Part shown: in pieces, positions 1-7,599 of the stretch | Layout: every line of letters starts with the position of its first letter | Position numbering within the stretch: position 1 is the first letter of the stretch | From: Acidobacteriaceae bacterium | GTDB taxonomy: Bacteria > Acidobacteriota > Terriglobia > Terriglobales > Acidobacteriaceae | Assembly: GCA_027307295.1 (NCBI GenBank) | Contig: DAHUXF010000001.1 | Coordinates: 1 to 30,368 of the forward strand | Direction of reading: 5' to 3' | DNA: 30,368 nt | The notes under the pieces: model-generated | What the model was told of the DNA's origin: nothing | The model's input: only the letters and a program-made list of their open reading frames with translations | The model's database searches: none | Program-made: the position numbers and the translations under genes

Positions 1-1
1 T

Positions 2-67
2 GAAACGCGGCTTGCCCTGCAATCGATCGTCGAAGAAGCGGCGCTGGCCCGGAGCTGGGTGAAATAG
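2..67 (+). CDS. 3' end of a CDS entering from the left edge (…ETRLALQSIVEEAALARSWVK*), product unknown
   Basis: Frame 2 is open from base 2 to TAG at 65-67, converging on the TPR gene; too short to assign a family. Confidence 0.45.
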   Translation, partial: ETRLALQSIVEEAALARSWVK

Positions 68-95
68 CCTGGGTGAAATAGCTGGGTGAAATAGC
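55..95 (+). repeat. Tandem triplication of the 13-mer CTGGGTGAAATAG
   Basis: Identical copies at 55-67, 69-81 and 82-94, with one extra C at 68. Confidence 0.95.
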
Positions 96-100
96 AAAGT

Positions 101-1660
101 TCAATTGCCTGCTGCCACAACTTTGGCATTCCGCAATTCCTCCCTGTCAGCACCGGGAGCGCAAGCCTGGCGCAGTTGCGCGTAGTACTTGGCCGCCTGT
201 CCCGTTTTACCCGCCAGTTCCAGGGCCCTGGCGGCTCCATAAACTGCATTAAAGCGGCCAGGAATCACTTTCAGTACGGACTCATATTCGTCGGCTGCTT
301 CCGCCGGCTTGTGCAGCTCCAGTAAAAGATCAGCCAGCATCTCCCGCGCAGGAACATGGAACCCGCCTGGATCACGTTTCTCCTGCATCTCAGCCGCGGC
401 GCGCATGTGCTGTAGGGCTTTGTCTTTCTTCCCTTTGGCATAATCGAGCCATGCTTCCGCTTCCTTGCGGCGATAATCCTCCAGCTTGCCGTCTCTGCCG
501 GAGCTCTTGAACGCTTTCTTCATCTGCCTGAAATTTTCTTCCGCCGTTTTGGCGTCTCCGGTTCGTGCAGCGGCAATGGTGTGAAGCGCGTAGATGACTT
601 GTTGGTAGTAGTGGTCGCCTTCCGGCGCAAGCATGAGCGCCTCATTCCAGCGATGCAGCTCCAGCAAGTTGCGGCTGGTCAGGTTGAGACGAACGTTTGT
701 GGTCTCTTTGGGCGTGCTTCCCGGAACTTTGTTGAGATCGGCCACCACTTGCCGGGCTTTGCTCTCCTCGCCTGTTTGCAGGTAGGAATAATCGAGAAAA
801 TCCAGGGCATGAAACTGGTAATGGGCCTCGCCCATTTGTTGCTTCGTGGCCTCGGCTGCGGCAGCCGCGGCAGCCAGGTTTGAATCAATGGATTCCTGCC
901 ACAATCCCAGGCGCACGAAGATGTGGGACGGCATGTGCAGGGCATGGGACGAATCCGGAGCCACCTTGGCATAGCGGCGGGCTGCTTCAAGACCTAATGG
1001 CGCAAGTTCAGAAGTATCAGCAGCATGAATCAGATAATGGACCGCGCCCGGATGTTCCGGCTGGGCTGCGGAAAGCCGCGTGAGAATCGCAATCGCCTCT
1101 TTGCGCGTTGCCGTGCCATTTTCTTTCCCTGGCAAGGCCAGCAATGACAAGGCATAAAAAGCCGCTGCCTCTCCGTCTTCAGGATATTTGCGGGAGAGCC
1201 CGGCCATAGCATTGCTATAACGCGCCAGACGGTCGTCAGCGCTACGGCCTTCTTCAAAGATGATGCTCAGCGCGCTGACATATTCACGTTCGCGCCCGGC
1301 GGCAGGAGCTGTATTGCTCGCCTTCTCCAGGAACGCGCGGCCTCTGGCCAGTCCCTTGTCATTCGCTCCTTCCCAGATAGGATGGTAGGTAGTCATGGCC
1401 ATGCCCCAATACGCCACGGCGCATGCAGGGTCCGTATGGGTGGCTTCAGCAAAGGACTTTTCCGCTGCCCCGTACTGGAAAGAATGGAGCAAAGCCATGC
1501 CGGTAAGAAATGCTGGCTGGGCCGCTTTGGCGCAAGAATTGGGGAAGGAGATGGTCCCCAGGGCAGGCTGCACTGCTGCCGTTGGCGGGACCTGCTGGGC
1601 CGGGCTGATAGTGGTTACAACGAAGAAAATGAGCACGAACCCAAGAAATGACTTCTTCAT
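101..1660 (-). CDS. Secreted TPR-repeat protein of an uncharacterised His-rich family
   Basis: Signal-peptide-like N-terminus MKKSFLGFVLIFFVVTTISPA, so the start is placed at 1660 rather than 1684. TPR-like helical repeats (DPACAVAYWG, PGRFNAVYGAARA) and motifs HPGAVHYLIHA and HALHMPSHIF. Confidence 0.85.
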   Translation of the reverse strand: MKKSFLGFVLIFFVVTTISPAQQVPPTAAVQPALGTISFPNSCAKAAQPAFLTGMALLHSFQYGAAEKSFAEATHTDPACAVAYWGMAMTTYHPIWEGANDKGLARGRAFLEKASNTAPAAGREREYVSALSIIFEEGRSADDRLARYSNAMAGLSRKYPEDGEAAAFYALSLLALPGKENGTATRKEAIAILTRLSAAQPEHPGAVHYLIHAADTSELAPLGLEAARRYAKVAPDSSHALHMPSHIFVRLGLWQESIDSNLAAAAAAAEATKQQMGEAHYQFHALDFLDYSYLQTGEESKARQVVADLNKVPGSTPKETTNVRLNLTSRNLLELHRWNEALMLAPEGDHYYQQVIYALHTIAAARTGDAKTAEENFRQMKKAFKSSGRDGKLEDYRRKEAEAWLDYAKGKKDKALQHMRAAAEMQEKRDPGGFHVPAREMLADLLLELHKPAEAADEYESVLKVIPGRFNAVYGAARALELAGKTGQAAKYYAQLRQACAPGADREELRNAKVVAAGN

Positions 1661-1700
1661 CTGCTTTTCCTTAGATAGAATCACAGTGATTTTAATCCTT

Positions 1701-1722
1701 TTGTCATATAAATAGCTGACAA
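1701..1722. promoter_or_regulatory. Inverted repeat TTGTCA-N10-TGACAA, possible operator
   Basis: Perfect 6-bp inverted repeat in the AT-rich divergent intergenic region. Confidence 0.3.
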
Positions 1723-1949
1723 TTCATCACTTATATCTTTTCAGTATAAGCGCCTCAGCATGGTGACTGGAGGGCAAGACCTTAAGGTATATGGCCTAGA
1801 GTGTTCATTGCCGGAAATAATGTGCAATGGACGGGTGTAATCAGCCAAATCTGGAGTCTGGATAAGGCTTTCCAGACGCGGGGATTACCCCTCGTCGAAT
1901 CAAAAACCCCGGAAGACTGTAAACCGGGGCCACGAGGAAAGGTTCCCTA

Positions 1950-2069
1950 ATGATCGACACTAAGGTTCTTCTTGCACTTGCTCTGCTGCTCGGATCAATT
2001 ACCATGGCCGGTAACAGCGCGCCGGCTGGAGGAATTCCAATTCCTCCACAAAGTTTCAATGCGCAATAA
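1950..2069 (+). CDS. Unannotated 39-aa secreted peptide precursor MIDTKVLLALALLLGSITMAGNSAPAGGIPIPPQSFNAQ
   Basis: Read by hand (below the track cutoff). SD-like GAGGAAAGG at 1934-1942, ATG at 1950, TAA at 2067-2069. Hydrophobic h-region VLLALALLL with a T-M-A cleavage-like site. The stop abuts the GAAGG SD of the next gene. Confidence 0.75.
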   Translation: MIDTKVLLALALLLGSITMAGNSAPAGGIPIPPQSFNAQ

Positions 2070-2078
2070 GAAGGTTGA

Positions 2079-2933
2079 TTGAAGCACCACTTGCTCACGT
2101 TTGATTATGTCTTCTGGTACGCCATCATTCTTTGTCAGTTGGTGGCATGCTGGGCCGTGCTCAAACGCAGAGAATTTTTCCAACACTGGAAAGTCTTCAG
2201 CTATTACCTGCTCTATATGGCGGGTTCCTCGATGGTGGGGCTCGCCATACAGAGATTTGGCAGTCCCGGGGCCTTTATCATCACTTACTCAGTGGTGGAC
2301 TTTATTGAAGCCATCCTGCTTAACCTGGTCTTGCTGGAAATCCTGGTAAAAGTTCTGGACCCCTTTGAATCTCTGCCAGGACGGACTGTGGCCCGCTTCT
2401 GTTTCTGGGCTGTGCTGGGCATCTCCACTGCCGTAGCACTCTCTGTGATGATGCCTGCCGGGCACCGGGAGAGTTACATCGAAGTCCCGCTCACAATCGA
2501 ACGCACCATCTTTCTGGCGGACGCTTCCTTGCTCTGGATTCTGCTGGTGCAGTCAAAATCCCTGGGGATCCCCTGGAAGTCATCGGTGGCGGAGATTGCC
2601 ATTGGCTTTGTGCTGTACCTGACGGTGCAAGCCACCACGCGGTTTGTGGTGAGCTTGTATCAAAATGCCGTGCTGCGCAGCCTGGCCAGTGAAGTTGGAC
2701 AATTTGCTTATCTGATTGCCGTATTGAGTTGGATCTGGACCATCACGCATAGTGATCCGGTGGCTCCGCCGTTATCGCAGGAAGACGCAGCCAGGATGCC
2801 TAAGCTTGATCCGGATGATAGCGTTGTCCCCAAAGAGCGCATCTTTGCGGCGGTGGGCATCAAAATCAACCGGCTGGAAGAAGAATCCGCTACCGGAGAA
2901 GAAGACCAACAGACTTCCGGCATTTCCGTCTAG
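2079..2933 (+). CDS. Hypothetical 7-transmembrane protein, receptor-like, with an acidic C-terminal tail
   Basis: Seven hydrophobic segments (about aa 7-28, 39-58, 66-92, 105-125, 137-157, 170-193, 203-222). TTG start with GAAGG SD at 2070-2074. No recognisable enzymatic or output domain. Confidence 0.8.
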   Translation: MKHHLLTFDYVFWYAIILCQLVACWAVLKRREFFQHWKVFSYYLLYMAGSSMVGLAIQRFGSPGAFIITYSVVDFIEAILLNLVLLEILVKVLDPFESLPGRTVARFCFWAVLGISTAVALSVMMPAGHRESYIEVPLTIERTIFLADASLLWILLVQSKSLGIPWKSSVAEIAIGFVLYLTVQATTRFVVSLYQNAVLRSLASEVGQFAYLIAVLSWIWTITHSDPVAPPLSQEDAARMPKLDPDDSVVPKERIFAAVGIKINRLEEESATGEEDQQTSGISV

Positions 2934-3123
2934 GCCGATTCATTCCTTGCCGGGCGCGTTGTTCGCATCCGACAAAGATCTTCCACAGTGCCTCACCGCA
3001 GTCCACGATCTGCGTTCGCTTGCACCCGGGACATTGATATTCGCGCATCTCGCGACCTGTGAATGTGGTCTTCTCGATCTCCTCCATTTCGATGCCACAG
3101 TCCGGGCACGTCGTTTCAATCAT
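2890..3123 (-). CDS. Small zinc-ribbon protein (CPDC…CPGC); C-terminus possibly frameshifted
   Basis: Two CxxC pairs; the start overlaps the hpnB stop (ATGATTGA). Removing one base at 2974-2976 would end the protein at 2940 and avoid the overlap with the convergent gene. Confidence 0.6.
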   Translation of the reverse strand: MIETTCPDCGIEMEEIEKTTFTGREMREYQCPGCKRTQIVDCGEALWKIFVGCEQRARQGMNRPRRKCRKSVGLLLR

Positions 3124-4285
3124 GACGCTCCAACCTTACCACTGATTTGGCCGCCGGGTCCTGGACCCTGCCTTTCCACTGCCCTCCGCGGCCAATCCAA
3201 TACTTCCACGCCGAATGGACTGTAGCGCCCAGATAGAAAACTGCAATTCCCGGTAAAGCCAGCGCCCAAAGAGGATTCAGCCGGTACAGCCGCAACACGG
3301 GCAGATAGCTGATGGTCATCAGCACCCAGGCCGTCCCTCCCAGCGCGGCGGGTGCCAGCCGGTGGCTAAAAAACACCAGGGCTGGCGGCAGCAGATAAGT
3401 GATTGCCATGCCAGCCACGGAGAGCATCAGCAGCAACGCTGAATGATGCAGTTGATTGAAGGCGCTGCGCGAAATCATGCTGCCAATCCCGGAAAACCCG
3501 CCGTAAGGACGAATGCTTTTCGTTGTCGTGGACGCGCCCAGCCACAGGCGTCCACCGCCGTGCTTGATACGTGCAGCCAGGGCGCAATCATCAATCACTG
3601 CGCTCCGGATAGCCTCAATGCCGCCTGCCCGGTCCAGCGCTGCGGGCCGCAGCAGGATGCATCCGCCTGCCGCTCCCGCCGTCTTATGGCGTGGATTCGC
3701 AATCCAGTCTGGCGGATACAGCTTGAAGAAAAAGAAGACAAACGCCGGGATGAGCATCTTTTCGGCAAAGCTCCGGCAATGCAACTTCACCATGAATGAT
3801 GCCATGTCCCGGTTGTCCGATTGCAAAATTGAGATCAGGGTTGAAACGCTGTCAGCGGCATGAACAATGTCAGCATCAGTAAAGAGAAAGAAATCAGGAT
3901 TGGTTAAGCGCGCCAGCGCAATCCCCTGTTGCATGGCCCATAATTTACCGGACCAGCCTGCAGGCAGTGCCCGGCCTTCAATCACAGCCAGCCGGGCCGC
4001 GCCACCCATTGCGGCTGCTGACGCGCGCGCCGCTTGCGCCGTTCCGTCAGTACTGCCGTCGTCCACAAGAAAGATTTGCAGCTCATGGCTGCCGGTCTGC
4101 TGCAAGAGTGACGCAACGGTCTGCCCGACCACATCCGCTTCATTACGCGCTGGAATAATGACTGCTACCCGCGCCGCTGTAACCGCCGGGCCTGTCTGTA
4201 TGTCGCGGATTCGCCAGAACTGTCCACGAAAAAACAAGAGCGAAATCCATAGCAACAGCGTGACCAGTCCGGCGGCAATGAGCAT
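3116..4285 (-). CDS. hpnB: Hopanoid-associated glycosyltransferase, GT2 family (HpnB-like)
   Basis: N-terminal TM with RGQFWR; GT-A motifs IIPARNEA, VDDGSTDGT, GWSGKLWA, FTDAD, AAGGCIL, IDDCALA; C-terminal TMs ending GRGGQWKGR. Confidence 0.8.
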   Translation of the reverse strand: MLIAAGLVTLLLWISLLFFRGQFWRIRDIQTGPAVTAARVAVIIPARNEADVVGQTVASLLQQTGSHELQIFLVDDGSTDGTAQAARASAAAMGGAARLAVIEGRALPAGWSGKLWAMQQGIALARLTNPDFFLFTDADIVHAADSVSTLISILQSDNRDMASFMVKLHCRSFAEKMLIPAFVFFFFKLYPPDWIANPRHKTAGAAGGCILLRPAALDRAGGIEAIRSAVIDDCALAARIKHGGGRLWLGASTTTKSIRPYGGFSGIGSMISRSAFNQLHHSALLLMLSVAGMAITYLLPPALVFFSHRLAPAALGGTAWVLMTISYLPVLRLYRLNPLWALALPGIAVFYLGATVHSAWKYWIGRGGQWKGRVQDPAAKSVVRLERHD

Positions 4286-4362
4286 GCCTTATTTTACCGG
4301 GGCATCCCCGCACCCCTGGAAACAACTCACATTGTCGAGCAGACCCGGAGCACAGTGCAGAG

Positions 4363-4794
4363 ATGGCAATGGAAAGAGAAACCATGAAGGAAGCGGGCGA
4401 TTCCGGGACGCCGCTGGAGCGATACGTTAACAGCTACGTCGGCAATTTTATTCATGTATTTCTCTCCGTGCTGGCGATTCTGGTGATGGTGGGAGCTTGT
4501 ATCGCGCTGTTCCAGATTGTCCATTATGGGTTCCCGCAACTGTGGCGCGTCCCGGACGAATACCAGACACTGCATCAACTCCTGCAGAAGATTTTGCTGC
4601 TGGCGATCGCGGGCGAATTAGGCTTGCTGCTGCTCTTTCACCGTACCAGCGCGGCAGTTGAGGTGGTGATGTTCGTTATCGCAAGAAGAATGGTCGCTAC
4701 GGACGTTACTGCCTTTGACCTGCTCATGGGCTCAGCAGCGCTGGCCGTATTATTGGTGGTACGGTTTTATTTTCTGCCCGGTAAGCCCAAGTAA
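4363..4794 (+). CDS. Phosphate-starvation-inducible PsiE-family membrane protein
   Basis: 143 aa with about 4 TMs and PsiE-like pattern LLLAIAGEL…VEVVMFVIARRMV. Confidence 0.65.
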   Translation: MAMERETMKEAGDSGTPLERYVNSYVGNFIHVFLSVLAILVMVGACIALFQIVHYGFPQLWRVPDEYQTLHQLLQKILLLAIAGELGLLLLFHRTSAAVEVVMFVIARRMVATDVTAFDLLMGSAALAVLLVVRFYFLPGKPK

Positions 4795-4892
4795 CCTGTC
4801 TTTTACACTGGATGCGCTTAGTGAGATTCGCCTTCTTTGCATCGGCTGGAGCGCAAAAATCGCAGCCTGCCTTTCCATGCCGTCACGCGCAC

Positions 4893-4922
4893 AAAAAACC
4901 GGGGCCTGAAAAACGGCCCCGG
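4893..4922 (-). terminator. Intrinsic terminator for the 4944-7028 gene
   Basis: Stem CCGGGGCC (4899-4906) / GGCCCCGG (4915-4922), with A6 at 4893-4898 giving a U-tract on the minus strand. Confidence 0.8.
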
Positions 4923-4943
4923 ACAGATGGTCTAAATCATTCG

Positions 4944-7028
4944 CTATTGAACATTCAAAGCAATGTCATCAATCACGAATGAGGTTTGCAGACTGGCGTC
5001 TTCAGTGCCAATGAACTGAATCTTCACTGTCTGGCCTTTGAACTGGATTACGCTGAACGAATGCTGAGCGTAACCGGCAGCAGCATTCAGGTTGGAGAAT
5101 GTACCCAGCGTGGCCAACACAGTGTTGGAGCTGTTGAGCACCTGGACCTTAAAGGTGTCAAACGCCGTGGTAGTGGTGGTTTCAGCTGTGTCGATATGCA
5201 GCCAGAACGTCAGGGTAGCCGTGGTGGCGGTGGAAGGAATGCTGACCGTCTGGGTTGCGGAGTCAGTATGATTTGTTCCGTAGCCATCCAGCCATGCGTC
5301 CCAGTTTCCCGTATGTGGAGGTTCAGCAGAGGAGTTGTTCAACACCGCAGGCGTCAGGGTCCAGGGAGTGGCAACACCGGTTTCAAACCCACCGTTCACA
5401 ATCAGGTTTTGCGCGTTCGCCGAGGAGGTGACCGTCAGGCTGATGGTGGTGGTGTGCGTGAGGCTTCCAGAGGTGCCGGTAACTGTGACCGTCGAGGTCC
5501 CCGTTGTTGCCGTCGCGCTGGCGGTAAAAGTCAGCACGCTGGTTGAGGTTGTCGGGTTCGTGCCGAATGCCGCTGTTACTCCTGAAGGCAAGCCGGAAGC
5601 CGATAAGGTCACGCTTCCCGTGAATCCGCCCGAGGGGCTCACGGTTATCGTGCTGTTTCCGCTGGTGCCTTGCTTTACGCTCAGGCTGGAGGGCGACGCC
5701 GAGAGCGAGAAGTTCGGCGTGGCCGTGGCATTCACCGTAAGTGTGACAGCCGTGGTGTGCGTCAGCGTTCCCGATGTTCCGGTTACCGTCACCGTTGCAG
5801 TCCCGGTGGTTGCGGCGGCGCTGGCAGTGAGCGTCAACGTGCTTGAGCCAGTGGTGCTGGCAGGATTGAAGCTGGCAGTCACGCCTGAAGGCAGGCCGGA
5901 CGCCGACAAGCTTACGCTTCCTGTGAATCCGCCCGAGGGGTTCACGGTTATCGTGCTGCTTCCGCTGGTTCCCTGGGTCACGGTCAGGCTGGCGGGCGAA
6001 GCCGACAGCGTAAAGTTCGCCCCGGCCGGAGCTGGTGGGGGTAAAACGCAATTACTTACTGCATTCGAAAATTCCAACTGGATAGTGTAGGTAGTGCCAT
6101 TCGCGACATACGAACCTTGTTGGCCATTGCAGATGTCGCCAATTTCTCCGTTCGTCTGGTCCATCCAGGCGAGTGGGGCGGCAAAGGTGGTTGCAATGCC
6201 CACATCCGCGTCTGTTATCGCTTCCGACAATTCGTGGCTGGTCACTGATGTGTAATTGCCGAACACTGAGGAGTTACCGCATCCCGAAGAGCAGCCGCTG
6301 CCCGCCTGCATGTCCGGATGCACGCCGTAAAGAACATTCACCGAGTTGAAGGTATTCGATGTGGTGCCGTGATAAGCGCAGAAACCGCCGCCCACGCAGC
6401 TTGAAGACCCACCTTGTGTAATCGTTTTTCCTGGCGGGAAGTAAATCATGTAAATGGTGTTTACGTTGCCCGCTGCGTCGAGGACAGGGGCCGGAAGATG
6501 TCCCGCCGAGATCTGAGCCAGAAGCTCTGCCTGAATATTTGAATCGTCAATGGTGGAGCCGTTGTTGGCTGCCGCAGGAACAATCTGAAACAGTCCGTCA
6601 AACGTACCATTGCCAATCGTTTGGTTGGTGCCGCCCGAAGCCGGCGTGCTGTACTGGGTCAGCAACGAAGTGTATCCGCTGTTGGGGCCGGTAATATCAC
6701 TAAAGAAGTTGCCCAGAGTAGGCGAGGTAGTTCCGGCAACATGTGGATCGTAAGAACCACTTCCGTACAACACCTCCACCACGTGAACGTTTGTAATCAC
6801 CGGACCGCCGAAGTATGTCAGGTGCGCACCGGCAGGCGCCGCGAACCCTACGGGACCGCTCGTGATGGGATCTCGCCACGGCACACTGTGATGGATGCCT
6901 TGCAGCGGCGCAACAGGCAGTACCTGGGCCGAATTACCGGATGGTGCAACCTGCGCCAGAGTGGGCAGGGCTACTGAAATCAAAATGAAAAACAACAACA
7001 ACGCTGGACCGCGCAACAATCGACACAT
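4944..7028 (-). CDS. Secreted protein: Phi-1/EXORDIUM-like domain, two Ig-like Ser/Thr-rich repeats and a C-terminal beta-sandwich
   Basis: AAGGAG SD supports the ATG at 7028, followed by a signal peptide. Motifs [33 protein letters not shown]-terminal [11 protein letters not shown]…FVIDDIAL domain. Confidence 0.75.
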   Translation of the reverse strand: MCRLLRGPALLLFFILISVALPTLAQVAPSGNSAQVLPVAPLQGIHHSVPWRDPITSGPVGFAAPAGAHLTYFGGPVITNVHVVEVLYGSGSYDPHVAGTTSPTLGNFFSDITGPNSGYTSLLTQYSTPASGGTNQTIGNGTFDGLFQIVPAAANNGSTIDDSNIQAELLAQISAGHLPAPVLDAAGNVNTIYMIYFPPGKTITQGGSSSCVGGGFCAYHGTTSNTFNSVNVLYGVHPDMQAGSGCSSGCGNSSVFGNYTSVTSHELSEAITDADVGIATTFAAPLAWMDQTNGEIGDICNGQQGSYVANGTTYTIQLEFSNAVSNCVLPPPAPAGANFTLSASPASLTVTQGTSGSSTITVNPSGGFTGSVSLSASGLPSGVTASFNPASTTGSSTLTLTASAAATTGTATVTVTGTSGTLTHTTAVTLTVNATATPNFSLSASPSSLSVKQGTSGNSTITVSPSGGFTGSVTLSASGLPSGVTAAFGTNPTTSTSVLTFTASATATTGTSTVTVTGTSGSLTHTTTISLTVTSSANAQNLIVNGGFETGVATPWTLTPAVLNNSSAEPPHTGNWDAWLDGYGTNHTDSATQTVSIPSTATTATLTFWLHIDTAETTTTTAFDTFKVQVLNSSNTVLATLGTFSNLNAAAGYAQHSFSVIQFKGQTVKIQFIGTEDASLQTSFVIDDIALNVQ
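5430..6017 (-). repeat. Intragenic tandem repeat, two units with a 303-nt (101-aa) period, encoding Ig-like domains
   Basis: Units begin [11 protein letters not shown] (6017) and [11 protein letters not shown] (5714) and share [21 protein letters not shown] and [13 protein letters not shown]. Confidence 0.9.
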
Positions 7029-7523
7029 ACTTTGCTCCTTGTGCATTTTCAAATGAACGTTCTTTCCTTGCGATTTGGGGATAAGTTGAAGCCAAAAAAC
7101 AAAAGAGGACAGTCGTTCTATTCACAATGGCTAGAGCGTCAAGCGATGCACATGTGGCCACGAGCAAGGGCCAGTTGAACTTGGCGCCAAAGGACCTATA
7201 CGGCGCTCCACTGTCGAACTGCCGTAGATACTACTGAAACGGCAGAGACTCTGAAACTGGATTTTGCTGCAGGAACCAAAAAAATATCTAAATCTTCCCG
7301 ATTCGGGACATTGGAATCTGCCAACAATTAAAAGAACGCGAACCGCGCTCACTTGTAATTGAAGTGATTTGAATTCATGTGGAATCGTCCAAGGATCATT
7401 CGCTACGCATGGCTCTGGGTGGAAGACAAATTTCTTTCGTGATTTCTTTAACGATCACGATTACGCAGTGCTTTTAAATTTCATAAATGAAAACCGCGCG
7501 CAGCGGCCCAAACTGAAATTCCC

Positions 7524-7558
7524 AAAAAGCAAAACCTGCCAAGGCTGGCAGGCTTTGC
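7524..7558 (-). terminator. Intrinsic terminator downstream of the TonB-dependent receptor
   Basis: Stem CCTGCCA (7535-7541) / TGGCAGG (7546-7552), extended by GCAAA/TTTGC, with an A-run at 7524-7528. Confidence 0.7.
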
Positions 7559-7599
7559 AGTTGATAACAGTGTTCCGGACTTAATTTTTTAGAGCTTCG

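Noticed and set aside
1841-2098. 85-aa minus-strand ORF
   Set aside because: It is antisense to the better-supported 39-aa peptide ORF and its leader.
2079-2933. 7-TM protein as a microbial rhodopsin
   Set aside because: No Lys in the seventh helix and no DxxxK motif.
5335-6090. 251-aa Val-rich plus-strand ORF and the 222-aa alternative-frame ORF
   Set aside because: Shadow ORFs of the Thr/Ser-rich repeats in the real minus-strand gene.
7029-7599. Pho boxes or a riboswitch upstream of the Phi-1-like gene
   Set aside because: No clean 11-bp-period array; only an isolated 7-bp hairpin (7219-7245) besides the terminator.
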